The translations under genes and the position numbers were made by a program. Below are positions 50,843 through 61,348 of a stretch of 64,000 nt of DNA, one piece after another (the stretch's first letter is position 1; each line of letters opens with the position of its first letter). The notes under the pieces were generated by a model that did no database searches, was not told the DNA's origin, and saw only the letters and a program-made list of their open reading frames with translations. Source of the DNA: Trueperaceae bacterium (GTDB taxonomy: Bacteria; Deinococcota; Deinococci; Deinococcales; Trueperaceae); contig CBDCDZ010000004.1 of assembly GCA_965215565.1 (NCBI GenBank), forward strand, positions 800,001-864,000. The letters run 5' to 3'.

Positions 50843-51865
50843 TCACTTTGCACCACAAGATTCACGAACGATCAGTTCCGCGTTACTGATATGAATGTTT
50901 CGCTCGTCGGGCGCGTCACCACGAACGAGCTGAATCAAGACTTCACCCGCCCGCCGTCCTTGTTCCCTAGGATGGGTACGTACGGTGGTGAGCGGCGGCA
51001 CCGCGTACGCCGCCGTCGGAATATCGTCATAGCCAACAATCGCAATATCTTGAGGGATGCGCAAGCCACGCTCATGAATTGCTGCGATTGCCCCTAACGC
51101 AACTGTGTCATTGCCGGCAAAAAGTGCCGTGAAAGGCGGCGCGTCATTTAGCAGCGACACCATCGCCTCATACCCGCTTTGAGCGCTCAGCCCGCCGTAG
51201 CGCACGAGCGCGTCGTCCACTGGCAAGTCAGCGTCTTTAAGCGTCTGCCGGTAAACATTTAACCTGTCGAGTGACCCGTGATATGAAGTAGGCGCATAGG
51301 TGATATGCGCGACGCGCTCGTGACCTAAACCGATAAGATGACCCACAGCGTCTTTCATACGCGAAGACTGCGTTATCGTGTACGCCCCCGGATGCTCGAC
51401 GTCGTCTACAAAAACCAGTGGAAAGCCTGAGCCGATGAGTTCGCTCTGCACGCTCACATCCTCTAAGCGCGGATTGAGCACGATCAAACCGTCGATTTGT
51501 CTCGCGGCGATAAGTGAGAGGTAGGCGTCCCCACTACTCGCCCGCATCCCTTCAACGATGACGCGAAACCCGCGCTCGTTACAAGTGGCAGTCAACCCGT
51601 AGAGAAGTTGCGGGATAAAAGCGTCCACCTCTAGATGGTGCGGGTCAGGCAAAAGCAGCCCGAGCGTGCGCGTCAGCCCGCTCGCTAAGGTGCGGGCCGC
51701 CGAGTTGGGGACGTAGCCGAGTTCACGGGCCGCTTTAATCACCCGCGCCCGCGTCTCTACGGGAATCGTCTCGACTAAAGGCGCATCGTTTAAGACAAAT
51801 GAAACCGTCGTACGCGACACACCTGCGCGGGCGGCGACTTGTTGACTGGTGATGCGTTTTTTCAT
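50843..51865 (-). CDS. LacI family transcriptional regulator
   Basis: VAARAGVSRTTVSFVLN, IPQDIAIVGYDD, PPLTTV. Confidence 0.95.
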   Translation of the reverse strand: MKKRITSQQVAARAGVSRTTVSFVLNDAPLVETIPVETRARVIKAARELGYVPNSAARTLASGLTRTLGLLLPDPHHLEVDAFIPQLLYGLTATCNERGFRVIVEGMRASSGDAYLSLIAARQIDGLIVLNPRLEDVSVQSELIGSGFPLVFVDDVEHPGAYTITQSSRMKDAVGHLIGLGHERVAHITYAPTSYHGSLDRLNVYRQTLKDADLPVDDALVRYGGLSAQSGYEAMVSLLNDAPPFTALFAGNDTVALGAIAAIHERGLRIPQDIAIVGYDDIPTAAYAVPPLTTVRTHPREQGRRAGEVLIQLVRGDAPDERNIHISNAELIVRESCGAK

Positions 51866-51979
51866 AAAGTGAGCCGAAAGTAATCAGTCATGAGGTAGGA
51901 AAGTCGAAAGCAATGAGCAACGAGCAATGAGTGAAAATCTTTAGGCTCATTGCTCGTTGCTCGTAACTCATTGCTGCTC

Positions 51980-53344
51980 TTATGCTAACACACCCTCCTT
52001 CTCCCGCAGTCCCTCCGGTATATAGTCCCCGTGCGCTTCAATGAGGTCGTCCACCAGGTTCCAAATCTCGTCCAAACTTAGTTCGGCGGAGGTGTGCGGG
52101 TCGAGCATGGCCGCGTGGTAGATGTGCTCGCGGTTGTTCTTCAAAACCGCTTCGACACTCAAGGCTTGCACGTTGATGTTAGTCTGCATCAGCGCGGCCA
52201 AGTGCGGTGGGAGTGCGCCGATTTTGGTCGGTTGGACGCCGTTTTTATCTACAACGCAGGGGACTTCGACGACGCAGCCAGTCGGCAAATTGTCGATGAG
52301 ATTATCGTTTTGCACGTTGCCGTAGACGACGCTGGGAGTGCCGGTTTCGAGCGAATGAATGATCGTCGAGCCGTACTCATGAGAGCGCTCGACTTTAAGC
52401 TCTGAATTCGGGTTCTCGAGCTTTTCTTTCATCTCGTGCCAGCCCTCAATCTGCCGCTCACAGCGCGTGAGGTACTCGTCTAAAGGAATGTCATATTCCT
52501 CCAACAAATCCTCGCGCCCCTCCTTGATGAACCAGGGCGTGTACTCGCTGAAGTGCTCGCTAGACTCCGTGACGAAGTAGCCTAAACGCCTGAACATCTC
52601 GTAGCGCACCGCGTCGCTGAGTCCCCTCGTCCCTCCGTCCGTCCGGTCAGCGTGACCGCGCATCGGAACCTTGCCGCTCTGAGCAACCTCACGAATTTTC
52701 GGGTAGAGGTCTTCGCCGTTACGTTCAAACTTGAGGTAAAACGCCACGTGGTTGATGCCCGCGCAGAGGTAGTTGATCTCGTCTATCGGCACGCCGATGT
52801 CACTTGCAAGCTGCTCCGCCGTTCCTTGCACGCTGTGGCAGAGACCAATGGTGTTGATGCTCGAGGCGCGGTTCATCGCGAGGCAGTTCATGACCATCGG
52901 GTTGACGTAGTTGAGGTGCGTCACCTCGGGGCAGAGTTGTTCCATCTCTTGGGTCATCTCGAGAAACACCGGGATCGTGCGCACCGCCCGCATGATGCCG
53001 CCGATGCCCAATGTGTCCCCAATGGTTTGCCGCAGCCCGTACTTTTTGGGGATGTCGAAGTCAGTCACAGTCGCAGGTTTATAGCCGCCCACCTGAAACA
53101 TGCTGATGGCGTAGTCGGCGCTGTCTAAGGCGCGCTGGCGGTCTAATGTCGTCTCTATCGTCGGCTTGACGCCCAAAATATCCGCGATCTTGTGCGCGAC
53201 GACTTCAGACGTTTTAAGCCTCTCTTCGTTGATGTCGAACAAAGTCAGCGTAGACTCGGCAAGTTCGGGGTAGGACAAGATATCGCCGATGAGGTTCTTG
53301 GCGAAGACAGTACTGCCTGCGCCGATTAGAGTAATTTTAGGCAT
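51980..53344 (-). CDS. melA: GH4 NAD-dependent alpha-galactosidase
   Basis: IGAGSTVF, QTIGDTLGIGG, NYVNP, GLCHSV, TESSEHFSEY. Confidence 0.92.
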   Translation of the reverse strand: MPKITLIGAGSTVFAKNLIGDILSYPELAESTLTLFDINEERLKTSEVVAHKIADILGVKPTIETTLDRQRALDSADYAISMFQVGGYKPATVTDFDIPKKYGLRQTIGDTLGIGGIMRAVRTIPVFLEMTQEMEQLCPEVTHLNYVNPMVMNCLAMNRASSINTIGLCHSVQGTAEQLASDIGVPIDEINYLCAGINHVAFYLKFERNGEDLYPKIREVAQSGKVPMRGHADRTDGGTRGLSDAVRYEMFRRLGYFVTESSEHFSEYTPWFIKEGREDLLEEYDIPLDEYLTRCERQIEGWHEMKEKLENPNSELKVERSHEYGSTIIHSLETGTPSVVYGNVQNDNLIDNLPTGCVVEVPCVVDKNGVQPTKIGALPPHLAALMQTNINVQALSVEAVLKNNREHIYHAAMLDPHTSAELSLDEIWNLVDDLIEAHGDYIPEGLREKEGVLA

Positions 53345-53369
53345 GGTCTCTCCTTTGCAAATAAATGGC

Positions 53370-53381
53370 TAACACGTGTTA
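53370..53381. promoter_or_regulatory. Putative LacI-family operator
   Basis: Palindrome TAACACGTGTTA upstream of melA; related TAAAGCGTGTTA at 59233. Confidence 0.6.
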
Positions 53382-53394
53382 CGTATTGCACTCG

Positions 53395-54183
53395 TCACTT
53401 AATCATGTGAGCAGTAGGGGGCGGCGTTTCCGAACGACGTTGTGCTAAGAGCGTTGACAGTTGGGTGTTTGCCGCCAAGAGGAGCAGCGCAAATTCGCCC
53501 ACGTTCCACCAGAAGTGAACCGCGACTCTAGGTGCAGTTGTCAACCCCGCGATGCGCCCGCAGAACGAACTATAGGCGAGCCAACCGTTTTTCCCCAAAA
53601 TACCGGGGAGCCCCTGTGCCGAGTCGAACAGCGGCAGACCGAGTGCTCTTAGCTCTACAACGACTTGGATATAGCGAACGAGCAGATAGGTGTGCTCCAG
53701 GCTATGCGCCGTCGCCCAGACCATCAGCGCCCAGCCCCACACGCCGCGCATCCCACGCACGAACAGAAATAAGCAGCAGCCCCACACGAGCCAGTTCCAA
53801 GTGAAGTGAATCCACTCGGCGTTCGCCGCGACGATCAACCCGAGCGAGCGAGCCGAGGTCCAATCCAAGAGGTAGTACTGGACGACTTGGGCGGCGTGCT
53901 CGAGCATGTGAAAGCTCTGCAAAAGGAGGAGTACGCTCAGCACTACCGCCGTGAGACCGAACGCCCTGGCGTCATCGCGCCACTTGAGCACGGCGGGCAC
54001 GGCGACGATGCCTAGCGCGATAAGCGTGGCGTTGGAAAGAGATACGTTCCAGCCGTTGACCAATACGCCCCACACTATCGTCGCCGCCGCGCCGCTTAGT
54101 ACGCTCAGCATAAACCAGCGTCCAGGGTCGAGTAGCGTGAGGAGAGGAATGGACGGACGAGACCGCCCGACTTGCACGCTCAT
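53395..54183 (-). CDS. His-rich integral membrane protein (DUF6008-like)
   Basis: Several TM helices; QSFHMLEH, EWIHFTWN, AHSLEH, HFWWN. Confidence 0.65.
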   Translation of the reverse strand: MSVQVGRSRPSIPLLTLLDPGRWFMLSVLSGAAATIVWGVLVNGWNVSLSNATLIALGIVAVPAVLKWRDDARAFGLTAVVLSVLLLLQSFHMLEHAAQVVQYYLLDWTSARSLGLIVAANAEWIHFTWNWLVWGCCLFLFVRGMRGVWGWALMVWATAHSLEHTYLLVRYIQVVVELRALGLPLFDSAQGLPGILGKNGWLAYSSFCGRIAGLTTAPRVAVHFWWNVGEFALLLLAANTQLSTLLAQRRSETPPPTAHMIK

Positions 54184-55802
54184 CTCGTGACCTCTTGTCT
54201 TGTGACGGTTAAGAGCGTATGTGCAGAGAGGTCAGATAGTGTCGAGACTGCGCCGTCGGACCAGAGGATGTCTAGGTGGAAAGTGAGGCGTCTTCAGGAA
54301 TACCGAAGTGAACCCTAGGAGCGTCCCCGCTCAGATAACCGCTGCCGCTTTTGATCTCTCGAGTCAATCGTCCCTTCGCTCGTGTGGAGTTTGAGCGTTG
54401 CGCCTAGGGCTCTCGTATTGCCGTCCGACTGAAAGAGGTCAAGCTCGAGCCCCTGCCCGCCACACAGTTGATTCTCAAAGAGAACAGCCGGAGACTCTAA
54501 GTTATTGATGATAATATCTAAGTCTCCGTCGTTATCGACATCCGCCATCGTCATCCCGCGTCCCCCTTCCCGCGCGTTTAGGTTCCATTCGGGCATCGGT
54601 TCGAAACCTTGCTCAGCGTTCTTGAAGACCTGATTCTCTTCGACGAGTTCGTCGTTCGGTAAGTGCGCAAAGACCTCTTTCGCCCGCATTCCGTTGACCA
54701 CGTAGAGGTCTAAACGCCCGTCGTTGTCGAGGTCGCCGAACTTGCCTGACCAACTCCAGCCCGTCGCGTCGAGTTTGTAGGGATAGGCGAGGTTTTCGAA
54801 GCCGCCTTCCGTGCGGCTATAGAGTATGTTTTCTTCGGTTTGAACTTTTTTGCTAACGTTGCGCTGGTAGCTCTTTTCCATCAAGGGCATCCAGGCGGCT
54901 AAGGCTTCGGGGTCGCTAAAGTCGGGCTTCATGTCGGTAGCGAACAGCTCGAGCCGCCCATCATTATCCACGTCGCCCGTGTCGAAGCTCATCGTATTGC
55001 GCGTGGTGGTTTCGAAGGGTGACACCTCTTGCCAGCCTTCTGGCGTATTCAGATAGGCATAGTCCGGTACTTCGAAGTCGTTGCCTACCAAGAGGTCGCG
55101 TTTGCCGTCGTCGTTGAGGTCGAAGAGCGTCATAGCGAGCGCTTGAGAACGTTCGGCGAGCCTCGTCTCCAAAAACCCCTCGGACGTTTGTTCGTAGACA
55201 AAGACGCCCGCCCCGCTCGAGAACAAAAAGCTATCTCTCAGGTCTTTTTCCAAGAGCGAGTCGTACGACGCCGTCACGAGGTCCAAGTCGCCGTCTGCGT
55301 CCAAGTCATCCCAAAGCATCGTGTACGCCTTTTGCGTGACGCCTTTTAGAACGCTCCGTTCGAGCCTACCCCGAACGTTTTTCCAATAGCTGAGCGACCC
55401 CAAACTCTGTGTGAAGACGAGGTCGAGCCACCCATCGCCGTCCACATCCACGAGGGTGACGGCTCTCGAGTCGCCGTGCGTCAGCGCCTCCTTGCGAAAC
55501 GACAAACCGCCCTCGTTCCAGAAAATCGTGTTGTTGCCGTCTAAGTTAGCGAGGACAAGCTCTAAGTCGCCGTCATTGTCCAGGTCGCCCACCGCGACGC
55601 CTGCGCCGTTAGAGTCGTAGTAGGTGACCTCTTCGCCGTGAGCACGAGTGGTGTGATCTAAGGGATGCTTGACGAAGGTGTTGGCGCATGAACTTGCGTT
55701 TAACGGCGTCACCTCAACACCGACAGGCGTGGTTTGCGCGTAGGCAAGCGTCATTAGAGCGAGTCCTACAAAGAGTGAGAAAAATAGCGTGCGCGCCATC
55801 AT
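54180..55802 (-). CDS. CRTAC1/FG-GAP repeat protein with ASPIC/UnbV C-terminus (two apparent compensating indels near 54367 and 54277)
   Basis: Many DxDxDGxxD repeats; SGSGYLS..VHFG and ILWSDG motifs lie in shifted frames; the restored stop overlaps the next ATG (ATGA). Confidence 0.8.
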
Positions 55803-55851
55803 AAGAAGAGATGGGGCGTGCTGAGAGCACGCCCTGTCAACGTGTCATCTA

Positions 55852-57153
55852 CTAGAAGAGACCGTTGATCTCTTCGTTGGCTGCGGGTAGCGCCGTCTCC
55901 GGCTCGACCTGACCGAGCAAGATGCTCTGCATGGTGCGCGTCATGATTTCGTCCACCTGCGCAGCGTAGTCGGTGACAGGAAAGAGGAACGTCGCCCCTT
56001 CGATTTCGGTGAGGTCAGAAAAGGCAGTTACGTCCACGCCCCTCTCCTCGAAGGCTGCCACTGCAGTATCGACGGCTGACTCCACCGCCGGAAAGACCAC
56101 CGCGTATGAAGCGACGACATCTTGACACTCGGGCGAAGCTAAGAACTTGACCCACGCCCAAGCCGCCTCTTGGTTATCCGTACCCGCCCAGATGGAGTCT
56201 GCGAGCCCGTTGAACATGCTCTTCTTACCTTCGGGACCAGCAGGAACATAGGCGAAGCCGACCGGAAACTCGGCGCTGTTGATGTTCGTGCCGATGTTCC
56301 AGCTTCCGTCGGTGAGCGTGGCTCCTCTACCTGCGGCAAAGAGCGCATTTTTACCGAGCGCGTTGACCTCTTCAAAGGTGGGCGCAAAACCCCGCTCGAC
56401 GAGGCTCTGATACCACGCGATGGTGGCGATAAAGCGCGGGTCGCTGTAGTTGTATTCCTCGGCGTAGAGGTCGTCGATGAAGTTCCAACCCGTCGAGGCG
56501 GCGAAGGACGCCCACTGCGTCTGCCCGTTGAAGTTCGCGCCGTCGGAGGCTAAGTAGCCGTACTGCTCGACGTTTCTGGGGTCGAAGTCGGGCGAGAGAC
56601 CGTTGTTGCCGTTCGCGTCGATAGAGAGCCGCGCGATGATGTCGGTAAAGGTGCCTCCGTCTTCGGGGTTCCAGGTGGCGTTGTTGAGTTCTTCCGCCGT
56701 GACGCCCGCCGCTTCCAACATCTGCTCGTTGTAGACCACCGCGATGGTGTCCCAATCTTTAGGAAGCCCGTAGCGCTCGCCGTCCCTGGTCCAGAGTTCG
56801 GCTAAATCGCCGACGTAGATGTCGGTGGGAACACCGTCCGCCTCGACGAGCGGCTGAATATCCACGAGTTGACCGTTCGCCGCGAGTTCCGGGTAGCGGG
56901 CTAGGTGGTTGGTGAAAACGTCGGGCGCAGTCCCCGAGACCATGCCCGTGGTGATGCCGCCCCAGTAGTCACCCCAGCCCTGCTGCGTAATCTGGACCTG
57001 AATGTCGGGATTTTGCTCCATGAAGATATTCGCGCATTCCTGATACGCGGGCTGTTGGTTGGCGTCCCAGAGCCAATAGTCGATCTGTTGGGCGAAGGCT
57101 GCGCCTGTAGCGAACGTGGCGGTGAGCGTAGCGGCAGTTAAAAACTTCTTCAT
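55852..57153 (-). CDS. Sugar ABC transporter substrate-binding protein
   Basis: Signal peptide, APDVF, YGLPKDWDT. Confidence 0.92.
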   Translation of the reverse strand: MKKFLTAATLTATFATGAAFAQQIDYWLWDANQQPAYQECANIFMEQNPDIQVQITQQGWGDYWGGITTGMVSGTAPDVFTNHLARYPELAANGQLVDIQPLVEADGVPTDIYVGDLAELWTRDGERYGLPKDWDTIAVVYNEQMLEAAGVTAEELNNATWNPEDGGTFTDIIARLSIDANGNNGLSPDFDPRNVEQYGYLASDGANFNGQTQWASFAASTGWNFIDDLYAEEYNYSDPRFIATIAWYQSLVERGFAPTFEEVNALGKNALFAAGRGATLTDGSWNIGTNINSAEFPVGFAYVPAGPEGKKSMFNGLADSIWAGTDNQEAAWAWVKFLASPECQDVVASYAVVFPAVESAVDTAVAAFEERGVDVTAFSDLTEIEGATFLFPVTDYAAQVDEIMTRTMQSILLGQVEPETALPAANEEINGLF

Positions 57154-57268
57154 CTCTTCCTCCTTAGAATTGCAAACTCTCCGCAGAGAGGGATTGCTTG
57201 ATTAAGAGCTTTTAGCAATTGCAATTAGCTGCTAGGTATTGGCTAAGAACTAAGAGCCAACAGCTTCC

Positions 57269-58192
57269 CTACTTGAGTCCACTAAACTGCAACGAATTCA
57301 CCACTTGCCGCCCCAACACGATGAGCAGGATGAACACGGGGATGATGCTTAAAAACGTACCCGCCATGAGCCCCGTCCAGTCGGGCGCACCTTGCGGCGT
57401 CTGGGTGCGAAAAAACTGCAAGGCGACGGTAAGGACGCGCACGCTGTCGTCCTTGCCAACCAAGAAGGGCCAGAAGAACTCGTTCCACATCTGGATGCTC
57501 GTCAGGATAACGAGCGTGATAATAGGCGTGCGGCTCATCGGCAAGATGATGCGCCAGAAGATACCGAAGGGTGACGCGCCGTCTAAGCGAGCCGCCTCCT
57601 CGAAGGCGGCGGGAATCCCTAAAAAGAACTGCCTGAGGAAAAAGACCGCGAAGGGCGACATCAGGAAAAAGGGCGCAACCATGCCCGCGTAGGTGTCGAG
57701 CCAGCCCAGGTTGCGAATCAGGATGAAGTTGGGAATAAAGAGGACGATGGCGGGCACCATCAGCGCGGAGAGGTACAGCAAGAAAATCGTGTTGCGTCCC
57801 GGAAACTTGAGCCGCGCAAAGGCGTACGCCGCCATCGCACTGAAAAAGGTCTGCCCGAGCACGATAAGCGTTGTAAACACCACCGAGTTCCCCATGGCCC
57901 GCAAGAAATTGATGTTGCCGCTGCTGCCCCCCGCTGCCACGCTCTCCTCCGCGCTGACGAAGCCCAGGACGCGGCGAAAGTTAAACAGGGTTGGGTCATT
58001 GGGGAACAGCTCGCCGACGCTGCCGAAAAGGGCGCGTTGCGGCGTCAAGGCAGTTTTGAAGACGATGAAAATCGGAAAGAGGGTGAGCGCAATGAGGAAG
58101 ATGAGGAGCGCCCAGGTGAGAATGCGTCCAACGCTCCACTTACGGTCACTGACGGTTTTTGAAGTGGCTGTTTTTGAAGTCGCTGTTGCCAT
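57269..58192 (-). CDS. Sugar ABC transporter permease
   Basis: EEAARLDGA, WNEFFWP. Confidence 0.93.
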   Translation of the reverse strand: MATATSKTATSKTVSDRKWSVGRILTWALLIFLIALTLFPIFIVFKTALTPQRALFGSVGELFPNDPTLFNFRRVLGFVSAEESVAAGGSSGNINFLRAMGNSVVFTTLIVLGQTFFSAMAAYAFARLKFPGRNTIFLLYLSALMVPAIVLFIPNFILIRNLGWLDTYAGMVAPFFLMSPFAVFFLRQFFLGIPAAFEEAARLDGASPFGIFWRIILPMSRTPIITLVILTSIQMWNEFFWPFLVGKDDSVRVLTVALQFFRTQTPQGAPDWTGLMAGTFLSIIPVFILLIVLGRQVVNSLQFSGLK

Positions 58193-58216
58193 CTCTATCT
58201 CCTTACGCTCGAGTCA

Positions 58217-59203
58217 TTAAGCAAGGTCCGACGAGTCGCCGCGCAAGAAGCGCATCTGAAGAAGCGTCACCGCGATGAGCAGCAGGAATAACACTACGGA
58301 CATCGCCGTGGCGTAGCCCATCCTGAAGAACTCGAAGGCGTTTTGATAGATGTAGTAGACCAGGACGCGTGTCGCGTCCACTGGACCCCCTTGTGTCGTG
58401 ACGGCGACGGTGTCGAAAATCTGGAACGAGCCGACTAAGGCTGTGACCAGCACAAAGACCATGATGGGGCGCAGCAGCGGCAGCGTGATGTTGCGAAACA
58501 TGCGCCATTCGCCCGCACCGTCGATGGTGGCGGCTTCGTAGAGCGACTTGGGGATGCTCTGGATACCCGCGTAGAAAAGTAGCGCGTTAAAACCCATGTG
58601 CCGCCAGATATTGATACCGGCAATCGTCGGAAGCGCCTGCTCCACCGAGCCGAAGAAGGGCTGACGCCCGATGCCGATGTTGGTCAGGAGCGCGTTGCCC
58701 CAACCCAAAAGCGGGTCTAACATCCAGAGCCAGATGAGCGCGACGATGACGTTGGAGAGAAGATAGGGGAGCACAAACACGCCGCGCACGAAGATAGATT
58801 TGGCGACGCGGTCCATCACCACGGCGATAAAGAGACCTAGCGCGGTCTGTAAGGGGATGTTGTAGAGCACGTAGAGCCAAGTCACGCCCATCGCGTTCCA
58901 GAAGTCGCCGTCGCTGAAGAGTTCGCGGTAGTTCTCGAAGCCTACCGCTTCGGGGGGGCGCAAGAGGTTCCACTCGGTGAAGCTGATTTGCACCGCTCTG
59001 ACGGAGGGGATCGCGAAAAAGACCGCGAACCCAATGAGACTTGGCAAAATAAAGAGGTACGCCGTGAGCGCTTCTTGACTAGTGAACTTACTTATGAACG
59101 AAGGCTCATCTCGTTTGGCGGACGTGGGGGCGGCCCTGGTACTCACACCATTCCTCTCCTTCCGAATAGGCAGCACCTCTCTCATGAAAGACGCCCTATT
59201 CAC
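58217..59203 (-). CDS. Sugar ABC transporter permease
   Basis: LYEAATIDGA, TQGGP; start uncertain. Confidence 0.92.
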   Translation of the reverse strand: MNRASFMREVLPIRKERNGVSTRAAPTSAKRDEPSFISKFTSQEALTAYLFILPSLIGFAVFFAIPSVRAVQISFTEWNLLRPPEAVGFENYRELFSDGDFWNAMGVTWLYVLYNIPLQTALGLFIAVVMDRVAKSIFVRGVFVLPYLLSNVIVALIWLWMLDPLLGWGNALLTNIGIGRQPFFGSVEQALPTIAGINIWRHMGFNALLFYAGIQSIPKSLYEAATIDGAGEWRMFRNITLPLLRPIMVFVLVTALVGSFQIFDTVAVTTQGGPVDATRVLVYYIYQNAFEFFRMGYATAMSVVLFLLLIAVTLLQMRFLRGDSSDLA

Positions 59204-59232
59204 TCTTCCGAACGGGTAACTTACACTGTTAG

Positions 59233-59244
59233 TAAAGCGTGTTA
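59233..59244. promoter_or_regulatory. Putative LacI-family operator in the permease/galK divergent region
   Basis: TAAAGCGTGTTA, near-match to the site at 53370. Confidence 0.5.
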
Positions 59245-59425
59245 GTTAGTTTATAAGCCTTCCGCATTTTGTCAAGTGTAGCGTCTTCATACTAGGGAAA
59301 TAGGGTTATAACCGCGATACTGCGCCCTTCAAATGCTATAAAGGGCGTACTTTTAACTGTTTCTAAGGAGTATTGATGCACGTTACAGCGTTAGGAACCA
59401 CCTCATCCACCGAAAGCCTCGCCCT

Positions 59426-60559
59426 ATGACTAACCCTAAAGAACGAGTTTTAGAAACCTTCCAAAAACGCTACGACGCCGAGCCCACGCTCTTGGTCCGT
59501 GCGCCGGGGCGCGTCAATCTCATCGGCGAGCACACCGACTACAACGGCGGCTTCGTTTTACCGCTCGCGATTGACCGGGCGGTGTGGCTGGCGCTCAGAC
59601 CGCGTGAGGATTCGAGAGTTGAGGTTCATTCGCTCGAGTTCGGTAAAACGCGCAGCTTTAACCTCGGAGGATTCGGCAAAGGTGAGGGGTGGTTGGAGTA
59701 CCTCAAAGGCACCGCGTGGGCGCTAGGAGAGGCGGGTTACGAGCTTAAAGGCTGGCAGGGGGTCAGTGGGAGCGACGTGCCGCGCGGCTCGGGGCTCTCC
59801 TCGTCGGCGGCGCTAGAACTCGCCGCGGCGCGGGCGTTCGCCGCCGTCTCTGACCTTACGTGGGACGCGGCGGAGATGGCAAAGCTCGCGCAAAAAGCCG
59901 AGAACGAGTGGGTGGGCGTGAGCTGCGGCGTCATGGACCAACTCGCGTCGGCGGCGGGACGAGAAGGACACGCCATCCTGATCGACTGTCGCTCTTTAGA
60001 GACCCAAGCCGTACCCCTACCCGAAGGTGCGGCCGTCGTCGTCCTCAATACGGGCGAACAGCGTGGGCTCGTAGCCTCGGCGTATAACGAGCGGCGGCAG
60101 CAGTGCGAGGCGGCGGCGCGAGCCTTCGGCGTGGAGGCGCTTAGAGACGTGAGCGTAGAACAGTTTGGCGCGGAGGCGGATAAGTTAGACGAGGTGACGA
60201 GAAAGCGGGCGCGGCATGTGATTTACGAAAATGCTCGGACGCTTCAAGCTGCTGAGGTGATGAGGCGGGTCGACGCGAAGAGGTTGGGTGAACTGATGAA
60301 CGAGAGTCATAGAAGTTTGAGAGACGATTTTGAGGTCTCGAGTGACACTCTTAACGCGATAGTCGAGTGCGCTTGGAACGCAGGTTGTTACGGCGCACGC
60401 ATGACGGGCGCAGGCTTCGGCGGCTGCGCGGTAGCGCTGGTGGCACAAGATAGTGTAGACGCCTTCGTCCAAGAGGTCGCGCCCTGCTACGAGGAGAAAA
60501 CAGGGCGCGAGGCGGAAATCTACGTGTGTCAGGCGACAGAGGGAGCGGCGGTGGTCTAG
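59426..60559 (+). CDS. galK: Galactokinase
   Basis: APGRVNLIGEHTDYN, GSGLSSSAA, GARMTGAGFGG. Confidence 0.97.
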   Translation: MTNPKERVLETFQKRYDAEPTLLVRAPGRVNLIGEHTDYNGGFVLPLAIDRAVWLALRPREDSRVEVHSLEFGKTRSFNLGGFGKGEGWLEYLKGTAWALGEAGYELKGWQGVSGSDVPRGSGLSSSAALELAAARAFAAVSDLTWDAAEMAKLAQKAENEWVGVSCGVMDQLASAAGREGHAILIDCRSLETQAVPLPEGAAVVVLNTGEQRGLVASAYNERRQQCEAAARAFGVEALRDVSVEQFGAEADKLDEVTRKRARHVIYENARTLQAAEVMRRVDAKRLGELMNESHRSLRDDFEVSSDTLNAIVECAWNAGCYGARMTGAGFGGCAVALVAQDSVDAFVQEVAPCYEEKTGREAEIYVCQATEGAAVV

Positions 60560-60694
60560 CCGGGCTACGTTGACACCCTAAGGAGATGAACGCAAGCACC
60601 TATAGAGCGCCGACGCTGCGCGTCTCGGGCGAGTTTTTCTATCGCTCCTTGCTTCTTACTTCTCAATTCAAAGACTGCAAAACGTCAATAGAAC

Positions 60695-60847
60695 CTAGTT
60701 TTTTCCATCTTCGTCATCGCCGCCGCGCCAGAGCAGGAAGTAAAGGATCACGGCGATGATAGCGAGAACCGCCGCCACCTCGACGAAGAGGAGCAGCTTC
60801 TCCCAGATGGACAGATCGGGAATGGCTGAAAAGCTTTCTGGAATCAT
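60695..60847 (-). CDS. Small single-TM protein (50 aa)
   Basis: GAAGGAG RBS; MIPESFSAIPDLSIWEKLLLFVEVAAVLAIIAVILYFLLWRGGDDEDGKN; below the ORF track cut-off. Confidence 0.65.
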   Translation of the reverse strand: MIPESFSAIPDLSIWEKLLLFVEVAAVLAIIAVILYFLLWRGGDDEDGKN

Positions 60848-60982
60848 AGGAGACTCCTTCTGGAGGCTGGTGAGGCACTTTGACCTCTCGAGTAGTAGGC
60901 GATCAGCCGCCAGGTATAGGCTGCTAACACCTAACCTACCAAAAGGTTACCCCTCGCGCCTCTAGAGAACGTGAGACACATC

Positions 60983-61348
60983 CTACAGCATGTCCGCCCG
61001 TCTACTCTGCGTCACGGTAGGCGGCTCTTCCTCCTCGACCCGGTTGCGCAACAACTCGATAAGGAACACCTGCGCAACGCCGAAACTCAGCGCGCTGATG
61101 AACCAGTTGATCCAGCGGAGCGGGTTATCCACGTTCTGCCGCAAATTGATAGTGATGACTGCCGGACGAAAACCCCACCGCGTGATGAAGTAGACTGCGC
61201 CAAAGGCAAACACGACGCTGAAGATGCTCATGACTAAGCGCGAGCTGAGCCAAGCGTCGGGGACCCACCGCTTGCCGAAGCGGTTGACGAGAAAAAAGGT
61301 GACGAAGGATATGACTAGAAAGATAAGTGTGGTGGTAAGAACATTCAC
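60983..61348 (-). CDS. Hypothetical membrane protein (3 TM)
   Basis: AAGGAGG RBS, three hydrophobic segments. Confidence 0.7.
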   Translation of the reverse strand: MNVLTTTLIFLVISFVTFFLVNRFGKRWVPDAWLSSRLVMSIFSVVFAFGAVYFITRWGFRPAVITINLRQNVDNPLRWINWFISALSFGVAQVFLIELLRNRVEEEEPPTVTQSRRADML

